A stretch of 57,158 nt of DNA, counting the filler, from Sluysia triapertura (taxonomy: Eukaryota): assembly GCA_046118255.1 (NCBI GenBank). It is 5 parts of 5 records of this genome, joined end to end, with 100 filler letters (N's around TTAATTAATTAA, not from the genome) between each part and the next. Parts side by side here need not be neighbours in the genome. Positions count along the whole stretch, not along the records: positions 22,712 to 34,205 come from JBJNIA010184135.1; positions 34,306 to 45,404 come from JBJNIA010188909.1; 3 more parts are not named here. One strand, written 5' to 3'. The first letter of the stretch is position 1, and every line of letters starts with the position of its first letter. The position numbers and the translations under genes were made by a program. The notes below the pieces were generated by a model. It saw nothing but the letters and a program-made list of their open reading frames with translations, was not told the DNA's origin and made no database searches. This document shows positions 22,712 to 37,139 of this stretch, in pieces.

Positions 22712-25700
22712 ATTCTACTTATTTTAGTATCAAAATTTATATTTGTTTTATAAGTATATTATAAGATAATAAACTTTAAGCTTCAAATCTTAGATTAATA
22801 CTTATTAATACTTGATATCTCTAGTTTTATGGAGATTTTCGAAAACCTTATCTTTTTTAAAATACATTATATGTAAGACAAAAAAGGCACAAAAATATAA
22901 AACTGACGATTTATTTTATATAAATGATGAATATAAAAAGAATTTATTCGCAAAATAATGCAATAAAAAGATTAATGAAATAGTTTCTGTATTGTTATTA
23001 TTTTTCAGGTTTTGAAATAGAAAATTTAAATAATTGTTTCTTTTTTAGGAGACAATTTAATTATGAGTCTATAAAAATGTGTTGTTAAGTATTATGAATA
23101 AATTAAAAGATCAATTGTCTGTACTTAGTATTTGTTATTCAAATAATGTTAAGTACAAATAATATTACATTGGTTTTAAAACAATTTACAAGTAAAATTT
23201 AAAGACAATACGATAATTTTATTCTTATCTTTACTTGTAAAGCTAAATTTAAAACTATTGTATTACAATATATGGATACAGGTGGAGCGGGTCCGATTGC
23301 AAATTTCTCGTTTAATACTGATTATGAACAAAATATGAATAAAAAATGAACGGAATCAATTTGTAATATGAATAATTATTTACCAAGAACGAACATTTAG
23401 AAAGTGCATGCAAGGATAAATTTATCGTAATAAATCACATAATATAAAATCAACAAAGAAATGTTTTCAACCGATGCCTAGAAAAGTATATAGCACATCA
23501 AATCATTTCGGGCAAACAAATATCTTCCTGGGAATTAAATAACACGTTCTATGTGCTATTAGAGGTAATAACATTAATCACTCTTTGATGTTTTAAAGAA
23601 AAATATAATTGAGTATACTAATTAAGTGTACGAGATTAAATTGTGTAGACCTTTTTAAAATCGTACAGACAAATTCTTTTCTAAATTTATTAATTAATTT
23701 TTATTTAATAAAATTTATTGAATAATATTATTAATTTTATTCACTTGGACCTTTAAATTATTTTTGTTTTACGTATAAAATTATTTTTATATTTTAGCCA
23801 ACCAAGTATGAAAAAAATATATCTGCTACACTCAAGTTTCTAAAAATGTGTTTTGATGTAAGTTATGTAAAATGTTAATTAATTAATTAAATTTATTTAA
23901 GTCATTACGATTTATGTTTTTTAAGGGTTACTTTTATTATAGATAAAAAATAATCGATTATGATTATATGGTGAGCACATTAATAATGTACCTTATTTTT
24001 TGTTTTGTAAAAATATTTCACGGATGTTTAATTTAAAAAACTTTGAATTTTATGTATTAATATATATTTTATTTTTTTGTATTTTGTTTGCTTTATATCA
24101 ATTGAAAAAACCATATCTTTTATATCTACTAATGACTTAGTATAAATTTATCCTGGAAACTGAGTTAATACTTGTCTCTCTTGTTAAAGATGAAAGTGCT
24201 AATTAAAATCATGTAATTCTACTGATTGAATCTTATTTTTCAATTTCCCGATGAAAATTAAGAAAAAAATTTTACTAGTACCACAATGTTTTTTACAAAA
24301 TTACAGCAATTGATTGAACAATAAAGAATATATGTATAAATATGACACCTGTACGTGAAATTATTTTATTTAATTAAGTTTTTATAAATTTTTTTGATTT
24401 TAATTTCATGCTTGCTAAAATTTTACCTAGACTTGGTTGACAAAAGCCTTTCAGATTTCAAATTATGAAGCATTTTTAATCAAATGCCAAAATGTCTTTC
24501 AACTATATATAAAAGTAATACGTGTCTTCAAATATTGAAGTCAGAATAATAAATGTTTTCAAATATTACGATATATTAACCAAATTCCAAAATATTTAAC
24601 CAAATATCAAAATAATAAAAGTCTAATAACAAATATTTAAATAAATATCAACTGCTTTCTTGAGACTAAATTTCTATGTTAACTACTAATAGTACCTCTA
24701 TTTGTAGTAACCTATTATAGAAATTTTTTGTAGTTTTCTCTATAATATTCGACCATTATTATGCAGACAAAATCTATCAATATATATTTATACACAAATT
24801 CAATTTATATAGCTAATTCAATTAGGTTCAAATTCATTATACATTCAATTTATATCAAATTCATTAATATTATTATGCAAACAAATTTATTTTATAATTT
24901 TAACGTAACATTCTCTACATAATTTAATTTTTAATAACATCATAATTTAATATTTAAGGTTTAATTTATTGGCTTACAATTGATTCAATAAAAGAATACA
25001 TTAATTTTTTTAATTTACATCTTTTATTAAAACTTTTTTACTTTTTTACTGTATTAATGTGCTTTCTTTATGTTTTTGATTAATTAACAGTTCTTTAAGA
25101 AAGTATTAGTTATTTTATATTTTAAGTTTATATATTAATGTACTATTATTGTTTCCATTTTTTCCTAGTATTTTAGTACTAATACGAAATATAAAACTTT
25201 TGATTACAAATTTAAAATTTTTGATTAGAAAATATAAAAAATGTATGGTTATAAAAATGAATAAAAATGCAAGAAGAGAATAAAGTCACCACTCAACTGT
25301 TGAAAGCCTTAAGGAGTCAGCTAGAGGTAGGCAACGTAACAAGTCAATCGCTGCATCTCTTGTGTAAGGTCTTTAGCCATGAAGATGTATAAGGGTCTAT
25401 CTGATTATGAAAAGGAAACTTACTGGAAAAGCTGAGATAAGAACCAAAATCTATTATCAGAGAGGCACTAGAGTGATGGCGCGATTAAAAGTTTATCCTT
25501 TGTATGTAATGAAATCAAGGCGAATTGAAATCACATGAAGTTATTTGATGCTAGGAATAAACATATCGCAGTTTATATAAATATTTCGGCAACTTTTTGT
25601 TTTTGTTAAAACTTTGTATCTTATTTGTTTCCGGAGATTATTTTTCTGCTTGTTTTTCTATAATTATTTTTGAACCTTTTCATAAACATTTGGATTTTTA

Positions 25701-25859
25701 TACATTTTTATCACAATAAATATTTTATAATTTGTAATCAAAAGTTTTATATTTCGAAATAACACTATAAAATCATGAGATATTTTAAGCAAGCACTTTA
25801 AGGAATAAGAAAGTGTGTTTTTTTAAAATACAATTTACTTATATATGTTACACAATTTA

Positions 25860-26330
25860 TTTATGATACTTTATCGTTGGATAAAATCAAATGTAAAATG
25901 ATCCTACTGTGAGACCTAATTTCCTATTTTATTTTTGCTCACGAATAAAGATTTGGATGTATGTGCGTTCACCAACGTATCTAGACTTACCAGTTAGATC
26001 TTAAAAATAAGTAAGTGTAGCAGGTCAAATCGTAATCTCAAGGTTTCAAATTAAATCAGTGCAATTAAATCACTTTAATACAGACTTTTATCAGTTCAAA
26101 AAATTTTGCTAAGAAATTTGGATTGTAAGTGATGTATCCTATAAATTTTGAAATAACCGTCAAATATTGTTAGTTATGATTTTAGGTTAAATCCGTTAAA
26201 AGGATTTGTAATTGATTCAATTTTACACTTACGTAAATCTCGATCAATTTTAAATACTTTGAAACTAGTTAAATTGCAATTGATTCGTTAAAATGAATCA
26301 ATGATTAATTCTATAACAAAAAAATAGTCT
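25860..26330 (-). mobile_element. Decayed Penelope-like remnant (GIY-YIG)
   Basis: RYVGE on the minus strand (YVGE at 25979-25968), related to the ~20060 copy; boundaries approximate. Confidence 0.35.
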
Positions 26331-28039
26331 CTAATATATATTCTAAAATGATATTTTACAATGATGATATTAATAAAAAGATAAAAATAATAATACTTTA
26401 CAAACAACAGTAATAATTTTACGATATTAACTAAAAAGTTAATAATATACATAAAAAATAAGTTCATTAGATTTCAGATAAGAACCTCGAAAATGTTTCC
26501 AAAATGTATAAGGTACGTGTATTTTACATGATACCTATTAAAGGTATAAAAACTAACGATTCCTTTAGAATTTAGACAAAAGCTAATCTTAATGTTGAAG
26601 TTGTTGCCGATGTTGTTGTAGTTATTGTTGTGATTTTAACTTTAGTGTATTGGCTATTAATATTATTTTTACTATTAACCTTGACTTATTTAAAATAATT
26701 ACAATTAATTTAAACAAAAATAAATAACTTACGTTATTTTATAGATTCCAAATTCAAAATTTCGAAATTAATTTTTTAAAAATAAATAATTTAGTTCGAA
26801 ATTGATTGTTAAAGTCATAAAATAATAAATTGATAATTGATTTAAAGTCAGTTGTAGTTAGATTTTATACACAACTAATCATAATCTAATAATAGTGTCA
26901 TTAAAGTACTATAAAATCGATAAATCAATAAAATTTCTAATTATTTCTAGTATAATACTTTTCCATGTAATTCAGGTACATAAAAGGGTAGCCTTTGTAT
27001 TTTATTTGAAAATATATTTTACTAGTTACTAAGAAATCATTTTTCAAATGCCTTTAGACTTTAATCCACATTGATGCGCGAGAAATTTATCTTAATAGTT
27101 GTTATTTCTGGAACATTTATTACTGACGAAACATTCCAGTTAATTCTTCCCCTTATTTCATGAAAACCATAGTTTGTCCATTATAGAATCTGAAGTTTCG
27201 AATTTCTGGAAAAGTTTGAATATAATTCTATAATTTAGGAATTTCTATTGCAATGCTATTCCTTGAATAAAATTATAAACGTATAATTACAACCAAATGT
27301 AAAATGATATAAATCAATAATGGATAGTAAAATTGTTTCAATCATTGAAAAGCTGTAATCTACAATCAAATTTTATTTGAGAAATTCATTTGTGGTATAT
27401 TTTAAAGTTTTACTACAAGTACCAAATTTATAATACTTTGACTTTTATATATTTTTAATTCAACTATAATTTTACAAATATATTTTTGCATTAGGACTAT
27501 ATGCATAATTACTATTATTTAAATATTAATAGTAATTACATTTAATTAATATTTGAATATTACCTTAATGAAATCAAATTTATATCAACTACCCATTTAT
27601 TTTGTCATGTTATATTTGTTTCGATTTTATAGATTTATTTGGATTGTTTTAATTTACAATTATAACATTTTAAAAAATATCTATACATTTTATATATCAA
27701 ATTTATAGGTATTAATGAATTTTTAACATTATCAAACAAACTAATTATATTATATTGATGTTAATAAATATGCGACTATGGGAAAAGCGTTATTCTACGG
27801 ATAAAGAAATATAGAATAAAAAAACAATGTACCTGTAAGTAGAACATTGAAAAAAGAAAAATATATAAAAATATCAAACTCGTGAAATTATATGCAAGAA
27901 CACACAACAAACAAAAAAAACAAAAGAGGAAAACAAGTTAGGATAATTGACACTCGACAAATAATAAAATATAATTTTCATTGAAAAAAATTAATTCGCC
28001 ATAAAACGAAATATAATATAACGTTGTCTGTGGATATTA

Positions 28040-28364
28040 GGGTAAGGTTGCTCAAGTCGTAACCCTTAAGAAAAGAACTGTATAAAACTTAGGATTTATC
28101 AAACAAATAGAAATTAAATGTGTTACTCAACACTTTGAGCTTCATTGAATCCAATAACTCTTTCCTTTAACTTGGTTAACGCCTTGTCCATATCTTCCTG
28201 TTTCCATGCATTATAAATTCGCTTTGACTGCCTTGACATAATTATGGGCTAAAATAGGAAATATAAACAACTTAAAAAAAAGTAGGTAAAAACAAGAAAT
28301 AATTTCCCAAATCGTACCAGTACGATTTAGGAAACTTATACGGGTACGATTTAAGACAGCACAC
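28040..28364 (-). mobile_element. Internally deleted pogo-type element retaining a pipsqueak HTH start
   Basis: MSRQSKRIYNAWKQEDMDKALTKLKERVIGFNEA (28239-28123) is HTH_psq-like. Imperfect TIRs GGGTAAGGTTGCTCAAGTCGTAACCC and GGGTACGATTTAAGACAGCACAC, both TA-flanked; subterminal palindrome at 28306-28331. Confidence 0.6.
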
Positions 28365-29507
28365 TAAAATTACAAACTAAACATCACTTAATATTGAATA
28401 AAATTAATAGAATTTCGTTTCGACCAAGTGGTAAGATAAATTCTACTGAACTTATGTTTAATATGAAACAATTTTATCAATAATTTACTTGCAAGATTAA
28501 CCACCAAACATATCCAGAAAATTATAAGAAAATTGAAATAAACTTACTTGATGAGAAAATTTACGTGGCTTGCTTACGGTAAATAGTAATATGTCACACA
28601 ACTTAGCTCACTCAGATGTCTATTTAATTGTCGACGTATATGCTGTTGTCGCTGTAGTTTGTGCAAAATGCATTTAAAACAATTTAAGCCTTAAAAATGA
28701 TTTTCAACTAGCCTACAGTAATTAGAAATATAAGTTCAACCAAAATATCCAAATTGTGATCTAATTGTATATAATTTGTGTATTCAAATACGTAAATCGT
28801 AGCTGTAGTTTTTGTATATTTTGTTTTGCTTTAATTATTTATTCCGAATTTACAAATTAAATAATTCAATCATCATTTTATTTGTAAAATTTTGTTTACA
28901 TTTGCTTTTGGATTTTGTTTCAATTAAAACAAGATACTAATTAATTTTACGTATTAAATTGAATTTTATGTAACTTTACTTTTAAAAATTTTCTCCACAT
29001 CCGGTTTATAATAATTATTATTAATTACTAAATCCAGTAAGATATAGTAAAAGATGGCACATGTTGATCATTTATTTAAATTTTAATTCAAGTTTAACTT
29101 ATTTAAATTAAACGCGAAAATTGGTTATAAAATGTCTTGTATTGTAAAACTTATGTACGATTTTGAATATATTAATGTCATTAAAGAATCGACTGAACAT
29201 CAAACAATGAGATCTAACATAACCTGTGATCGCATCTAAACTTCTGTCATTTTTTTTCAAGCTATTTATAATCTTAAATTCGAATTAACAACCATCAGTG
29301 TATCACTACTTCTTAAACATAATCACCTTAACTAAACTTTCAATGACTCAGTCTTTTACAATTGGTACACCACTACACTCTAAACAGTGCTATAATGGAT
29401 CTATAAACTATTGATCCATTATAAACAGTGTCAAGAATATTATATATGACATTCTGAATTACCGCAGATATTCTTTAAAAGTTTTAACTCATAATTTATT
29501 TATTCAG

Positions 29508-29690
29508 CACCAGATAATGGCTGTGTTGCATATGTTCTTAGAACTGGATTTAATACATCACAAGGAAGACTTTTGAAAACAATATTGTATAGTGTTAAAC
29601 GAGTTACAGCAAATAATTTAGAAACTTTCATGTTTATTTTATTTTTACTTGTTTTTGCAGTTTCCGCAGCTACTTATGTTTGGATTAAAG
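29508..29690 (+). CDS. ATP13A1: P5A-type ATPase, internal exon
   Basis: ttcag acceptor; [61 protein letters not shown]; phase-1 donor. Confidence 0.95.
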
Positions 29691-29691
29691 G

Positions 29692-29692
<1 letters not shown>

Positions 29693-29762
<70 letters not shown>
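29693..29762. repeat. (TTA)n microsatellite abutting a splice donor
   Basis: About 23 units. Confidence 0.97.
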
Positions 29763-29764
<2 letters not shown>

Positions 29765-31028
29765 TCTATTATATTATGCATTATTAAACAATTATTTTGT
29801 ATTGCGAAAGTTTTTCAAAATAATTTAATGTTTAAATAAATATAAATTGAAAAATTTAATAGAAATAAAAATAAATGGAAATTTGAATGTGTATTGCTTT
29901 AAAACAATTTAAAATGCCGCAAAATTGCTCAGAGCACATTATATGAAACCTTAGTCCTACATTATATGAAAATTGTCCTCCAAATGTTTATCAGCAGTTT
30001 ATTTCAAAACATATTAAGTTTACAAAATTCGCTCATAAGTATACTGAAATTAAAAAATTTTTTTTGCATCTAATGCGATATATCACCATAGGAATTTATT
30101 ATTTACATGTGTTGATTTTTTTGTAACTTGATCGTAGACTTCTTTAATTCTGTTTATCGGAATTTTCACATTTTCAAAAGGAATGGAATTTAATAACCAT
30201 TGTTGTGATTTATACTATTAATGAATGTATATAAGTTTTGCTATATTTGTTTATCAAAATTAAATTACACTGTTTTTTGATTTATAAGACCTGGCTATAT
30301 TGATTTCTAAAGTTTAGTAATACATTTTATTTCACTTAGTTATCATTAAAAGTAATATAATTCTTAAGATTTTTGATTATCAAGAATTTAGATTTTATTA
30401 CAAATGAAATGATTTTAATGTATCTCATTACATCTTTAGTCATTAATTAAAATAAAGAAATAATATTTATTGATAAAATTTAATATCTTTGGTGGGTGGA
30501 TTATACGCACCATTTAGAAATAAAACCGATGTTATTAATATTTTGTCAACGAGTACAACGAAAAACGAAATAAACAATTTAGTGAGTTAATTTATAATCT
30601 CTTAAACTTTTTATGTTAAGTTTGGCATTTCGTTTTTTAGCAATTTTTTTAGTGATGGAACATTACAAACTTCATATGTAAATTTGTGTATTTCGTTGAA
30701 CTTCACGCAGAAACCCTGCGCACATTTGTGCTTTTTAATGTTTAATTTGCATTTTTTTTCTTTTAAAATTGGTTAAACTCGCCTTCTCAAAATTGCATTT
30801 TTCACTTCTTGTTTGTCTAATGTCTCTTTAGTAGTCGTTGCATAATGTGTTAATACTAAAGTATATTGATATATTTTGTCATATTTTATTAGTAAATATG
30901 GTGGTTTTAATTTTAAATTTTTTTAACATACAATTTTATTTAAATAGCTGATTTTAATCATTTGTTAATTTGTGTAAAGATTATAAGAATTTATGTTAAT
31001 AATATTGTTAAAATTTATAATTTTTTAG

Positions 31029-31166
31029 GTACTCAAGATCCGAATAGGAATCGTTATAAATTATTTCTCGAGTGTACCTTAATTTTAACTTCAGTTGTGC
31101 CTCCGGAACTACCTATTGAACTCTCCTTGGCTGTGAATGCTTCTTTGTTGGCATTAACAAAATTAC
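31029..31166 (+). CDS. ATP13A1: P5A-type ATPase, internal exon containing the TM4 PPELP motif
   Basis: tttag acceptor; [46 protein letters not shown]; donor gttagt. Confidence 0.95.
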
Positions 31167-33061
31167 GTTAGTTTTATTATTTGTCATTATATTATTAATT
31201 TAATATATTACTAAATTGACTGTTAGAATAAAATCATTGTTTTTGTAGAGGAGAGTTATGCTTGATTAAATTATTTATTCTACTTACGTAGAAATGCAGA
31301 TTGATGTAGCTTAGAACTACAATGTCATAATTACAACGTGATATATATAATATATCACATTTATAACTTCTATTTATTTAGTTTTACAATGATAAATAAA
31401 ATGATGTATTTGCTTAAGTCCAGTAAAGCAAAATTTCGTTAAATAATAATCACGGAAGTAATCATAATACATATGTTACATTACATAGATACGCTATATA
31501 TTTGGATTTTAATATAATGCTGATTTAAGTATGACTACTTCATCTATATTTCATTATTACTTAAAATTACTTAATGCAAAAGATTGAATTCAGACAATCT
31601 GTCCTTTTTTAGAATGGAAGAGGTTCGGAAAATTCTTGTGACAAATTTAATCATTTTGGCAAATTACAGTAAGCGAAGAACAGAATTCGGTTAAAAATAT
31701 CTTCTTAATTATTATAGGTAATTTTGGATAAATAAATGAGAAAAGATATGTTATAACTAAAAAATATCTTACTACACTTAAACAAATGAAATGTAACATT
31801 TAATAAGATAAAGCTAACTTGAGCTAAATTAATTTATTAAAAGTCTGATATTCATAAAAATCCATGTTTAATTAAACGACGTAAATAACTTAACCATCTT
31901 TTTGCTGCTGAACCGAATTATACTTAAATTTTATAAAATAGTTAAAAGTTATGTTTTTGATCGGTTTTTGGCCTGAGTTTTTCTCGAAATTTATTCTTTT
32001 GCTAATAATGCTAACTTGAAAACTCTCAAATTATGTTCCTTAATAAAATTTTCAACTTGTGCTTGACGTAAAAACTGAAAACTTTTTTAGTCTACCGTTA
32101 TTATAAATGTAAGTTTATATTTATAAATTATATAAATTTATAAAGTTAGATTAAATATATTTAATATCTTAACTTGAAGGGTGAGCTCGTTACTCTTCTC
32201 TGTCCTTAAAGTGCGGATTATTTATTATTTCAGACCTTCTAAACCCTATCATCCAATCTCTTAGTTAAATTTAAAATAAAAAAAATAACTTTTATTCGAA
32301 TAAAGTAAAATTGTGATACAAATTGCTGAGTTATCAAAGCATATTTAGTAATTTTTATAGTCTACTATTTATGAATTTTATTTCAATGTATTAAAATCTT
32401 TATTTAACTTCAACAAGATTATATATACATTAGATAAGTTTTGAAATCTAAACTTTTAGTTCGATCACATTTTATAATAATTTAAGAAATGAAAATCTTT
32501 AAATTATTTGCAGTTGATGTATTATTTTTATGCGAAATCTGTACTATTCACTTTATTTGCAACAAAATATGGTATTTTTACGAATTTATTAATCATGTGT
32601 AAAATGGAATGTGTTGCACTACATCATTTCAAAATGGCTATTGCTCATTTGTTTCGAAATAATATTTTAACAATGTGGTCATTTTATTTAAACAATAATT
32701 TTAAAAGTGCATTTAAGATTAAATATTTGCACATAAAGCAGTAATAAAAATAAAATATGTATTTCTTAATATTTTACATTAGAGTGTTTATGTATTATAT
32801 TGTAGTAAATGTATAAAATAATTTGTACTATACAAAATAATTCATTGTGCAATTAGTTTCACTATTCCTAATTTATATAAATTTAAGACTTTTTGGAATC
32901 AATGATATCTTTATATAACTTATATTCCAGAATTCTAATTACACTTTTTCAATGAAGCTGTTCAGGTAGTTCTATAATGATAATTTGTGAAATATGTAAA
33001 GGTGCAAGAGATATTTTTGGTCTTTCATTGCTATGCAACTAAATTGGTTGTGATTTATTAA

Positions 33062-33334
33062 CCGTTTGAGTCCGGCGCAGCGCCACAGCGCTTTTCTTGT
33101 TTTGTATTGATAATGCGAAGATGCTGCTGTTGGTAAAAAAGGAATTCGTGAAATTTATGCAACAAAACATTTTTGTAATAAGTGAAAATAAAAAATATTT
33201 TTTTGATCAAAATTACATAACAATTAGTGTTAATTATAACTATTTTCATTGTTTCCCCCCCCCAAAAAAAATACTAAGCATTTCATCCCGGACTTTTAGC
33301 ATATGCATAAGAAAATTCTCCCGCACTCAAACGG
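33062..33334. mobile_element. piggyBac-type MITE (273 bp)
   Basis: TTAA on both sides (33058-33061, 33335-33338); TIRs CCGTTTGAGTCCGG and CCGTTTGAGTGCGG (13/14 match). Confidence 0.88.
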
Positions 33335-33512
33335 TTAATCACTGCTTAACACATTGAAAATTTATTTCCTGTAATTTTAGAATATCAGTCTGAATTAATA
33401 AGAACCACTTTCTAAATTAAAATGAATATCTTTTGTACACAAATATACATTAAACATTAGTTTATGATTTCTGAATAAAAATGTTTTGGTTTTTTTTGTA
33501 TTTTGTATTTAA

Positions 33513-33583
33513 CCCTTTTTGGTACGATCGATATACATTTGTATCGTCTACAACCGGCATATTTGAATACCGTCCCGAAAAGG
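33513..33583. mobile_element. Miniature piggyBac-type element (71 bp)
   Basis: TTAA on both sides; TIRs CCCTTTTTGGTACG and CC-TTTTCGGGACG; internal near-palindrome GATATACATTTGTATC. Confidence 0.7.
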
Positions 33584-34205
33584 TTAAATCACATGTTAGC
33601 AAGTGTTTGTAATAACATTCAAATGTTACTCGAATATTTCCAAATTTGTTTTTAATCAATTTATTAAAATGCATCTTTCAAATCTTTCTAAAATCGTTCA
33701 ATCTTTGTGATCTCTTTTCTCTGTTTACCATACTGATTTGTATACATTAGTACTGAAATTTCTCTAATCGATGATGGATAATTTTAAACTACAATTTCAA
33801 GGAAAAGTTATCTAGTTAAATGTTGTATGTCTTCATTTTTTACTTAAATAGATGGCACAATTATAGAATTTAGAATACTATTTTTACGTTTTTTTGCTGC
33901 TATCATTGAATTATCATGTTTCTATTTGTAAAAACAAATGAATTGCTTTTGTTCATTTGGAAGTATTTTTAAACTTAAATATAGTAATCTTTTATTTTCT
34001 TAATTAAAAAATTTTAAATTCGACGCTTTAATTTCATACCAATTGTAATAATATTTTTATAGGATTTGATTTATATAATGTATTATTTTACAACTTATAC
34101 ACCAATGTGAAAATCTGTCTTGGTCTTCAATCTTTATCTAGATTCGATTATATCTTTATTATAAAAGTCTGCACTATATATCCTTCAATTCTACTTTCTT
34201 TATAA

Positions 34206-34305
34206 NNNNNNNNNNNNNNNNNNNNNNNNNNNNNNNNNNNNNNNNNNNNTTAATTAATTAANNNNNNNNNNNNNNNNNNNNNNNNNNNNNNNNNNNNNNN
34301 NNNNN
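34206..34305. other. Artificial contig linker
   Basis: 44 N + TTAATTAATTAA + 44 N. Confidence 0.99.
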
Positions 34306-34794
34306 GTTTCTATTTTCATTTAAATAAAATTATAATTATTTTAATTTATTTTTAGTTTCGTATTAAATTTAAACTCTAAAAACCTATGAAACTCTAAACC
34401 AACATTGTTTTATTTTGTTTCAACAAAAGAAACATGACAATGTGAGTTCTTTTTGATAAAAAATGTTTTTGTATCTATTTTTAATGATAAATAGATTAAA
34501 ATAGGTCATATATTACTTAATACTTAATATTTAATTTAATATTTTTTTATGATATAACACATTTTATCGTAAATAATAACTTAAAAATTATAATACACAA
34601 AAAATAATTATCACCATTCTAATTAGTATTCCAAAAAGACGACGTATTAGAAAATAGAAATAGAAATAGAAGTAGAAAGGAAAAACAAAAAGTAACAAGT
34701 ACATAACTAAAATTGCTCAAGTAATTATCTTATAGACAATTGAAAACACCGCACCATGTTTTATTGTTCTTGGTTTCTTTTCATAGTCATTAAA

Positions 34795-34857
34795 ATAATA
34801 ATAATAATAATAATGGTGATAATAATAATGATAATAATAATGATAATAGTAATAATA
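34795..34857. repeat. Imperfect (AAT/GAT)n microsatellite
   Basis: Directly visible; a similar tract lies at ~35070-35125. Confidence 0.9.
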
Positions 34858-35070
34858 GACCAGTAAAAAACCGAAGGAGATAACAAGATTCTTCTGATAA
34901 CTCGAGGCTAAATGAAGACCTAGAAGTAGTTAAATATGAATAATAATAAAGGTATAAAGAAATTCGAAATTTAAGATAATTACTCTTAAAATTGTTAAGA
35001 TTTTGACATTTAAATTGGCATTATAAAAATTATTTAACTAAAGTAATGTTGAATTTGCTGAGATAAAATG

Positions 35071-35105
<35 letters not shown>

Positions 35106-35899
35106 AATATTAATAATAATAATTATATTTCGTCTTATGTTATATTATTTTAATTATTTCATTAACGACAGTTGTTGTTATTGATGATGATGATGATGAT
35201 GAAAATTGTGACGATATTATGTAGGTATTCCGTAAATGATAGGTCAAATGTATTAGTTAACAAGAAACAATACTCAGAAAATTGTTGCTGAAGATGATGC
35301 AATTGATTCTCGTGTCGGTAATAATGAATTATGTTTTCAATTCACAATTAGCACTAATTTTTCAATTTAGTGTTTAATTAAGATATATCCTGTCAATAAT
35401 TATCATATATATATATATATACTTCTCCCCTACTTTGTGTATAAAAATAAATATTATAACTAACAGTTATTATAAGCTATTATGATTCTAAATTTTTATA
35501 ATATTGTCTTAATAAAAAACAATATTATAAAAAAATAAGCATAATAAAATAATTATAATGATAATAGTAATAATAATTATTATTGCAATAAATAATGCAT
35601 TATAAAAACCAAAATTGATATGTATATATAAAAAAGATATAAAAGAAATTCAATAATACTCATTTCTATTAAGTAATGATATGGTCTTCTGTATTTTTTG
35701 TTTTAAAAGGTTACAAAGCATATTCAGTCATTAATGAATTATACCAAAATAAGAACAATTTTTATTACAATTATAATTAAAATAAGTAATATATGCTTAA
35801 TGAATAAATAGTATACGCCTTTTATAATAATAATAATAATTATTATTATTTTTATAATAATTAATTATATAATACTATTATCTAAAATTATTTTAAAAT

Positions 35900-36536
35900 A
35901 AGAATGGATTTAACTGATAACAACGTAATTAGCAAATTGAAGTTACGGATTAGACAGTTCCACTGCAAAGAAAACACACCAACGTCTTGTTTTAACTGAT
36001 TTAAGTTATATTCACTCAGCTGAATTATCTATTTAAATCATTTTAGACTAACTTTCACTTTCATTACCCTCATTAAAATGGAGTGTCAGATAGATAAATT
36101 TTTTCGAAAAAACCAAACAATCAATGCCGAACTTTAGTAGGAACAAATAAGAATCAGATAATTTAACAGAATGGCAATGCTCGCCCCGGTGTCTCTATAA
36201 AGACAAAGTTGGCTTTTGAGAGCTTGACTTAGTCCCAACAGATTTTCATCTTTTCCGCTCCATGTCGAACCATCTTTCTGGACTCATATTTGAAAACGAA
36301 AAAGCAATAACAACGTGGATTGAGTTAACCAAGCTTCTTCAAACGTGGGATTGACAAACTGCCAGACTATTGTGGCAGAGAATATCTCACCGATTGAAAC
36401 TGAGATATTTGTTTTATCTAATGATTTAATAAATTCATTTTGTTATCTGGAATTTTTTTTCATTGTTTTTATTCTTGATCAGAGTGTGTATTTTTCATAA
36501 TTGTAAAAAACCGCACGAACTTATGGACCAATCAAA
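35900..36536 (+). mobile_element. Internally deleted mariner (DD34D-type) element
   Basis: MECQID, NQTINAEL, NARP, DLVPTDFHLFRSMSNHLSG and FFKRGIDKLP fragments; right TIR AAAAAACCGCACGAACTTATGGACCAATCAAA|TA; left boundary approximate. Confidence 0.85.
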
Positions 36537-37139
36537 TAGTATTTTAGTTACATTTAAATTATGTATTATACTTTTAGATCTAAGTGTAATATTTTTCATT
36601 TCATTAACGGTGCGAAAAAACAGTGCATGGAAAATTAAATATTAATATACAAATAATTTTGTTAATAATTAATAATTAATAAATAATGTTTTCAAACATT
36701 TTAATTTCTTTAGGATGAATATTTCGACTTTCTGACTGGTTCAGGTGTTGCACAAATAATGTTTAGTTGATTGATTGCATCCAAACATCTTATTAAACTA
36801 TTGAGAAGTCGAGTGGAATTATTTATTGATAATATAAAATTTAAGAAATATTTAAATTAACAAATAAAAGAAATAATTAGAAATTATAATTTATATATAT
36901 AAAATAAATTATTATTTGAAATAATAAATCGGCTTTGAAATAAATCATTATTTTCTTTTTATTCACATAAACTAGAAATAATGATAATATTAATATTATT
37001 AATAATATATTAATAAAAGTTGTGTTTAATGTTATTTTAAAATTAAATTGTAATTATTTTCAGTTCAAATTAGACCTATTGTCTTTAAACTTATTAATAA
37101 CTCTTATTCACATTAAAATTATTCGTTATTGAAATCCTG

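Noticed and set aside
23798-23857. 60-nt AG..GT-bounded candidate exon (PTKYEKNISATLKFLKMCFD)
   Set aside because: Does not match ATP13A1; only weak resemblance to piggyBac KP.KYG; unsupported
27040-27300. Possible second IS630-like remnant (IMDN..GFH-like) on the minus strand
   Set aside because: Needs several frameshifts, with no TIRs or LNPIE motif
30660-30860. Cys-containing minus-strand frame resembling a piggyBac C-terminal domain
   Set aside because: Incomplete Cys pattern and an internal stop; too weak to call
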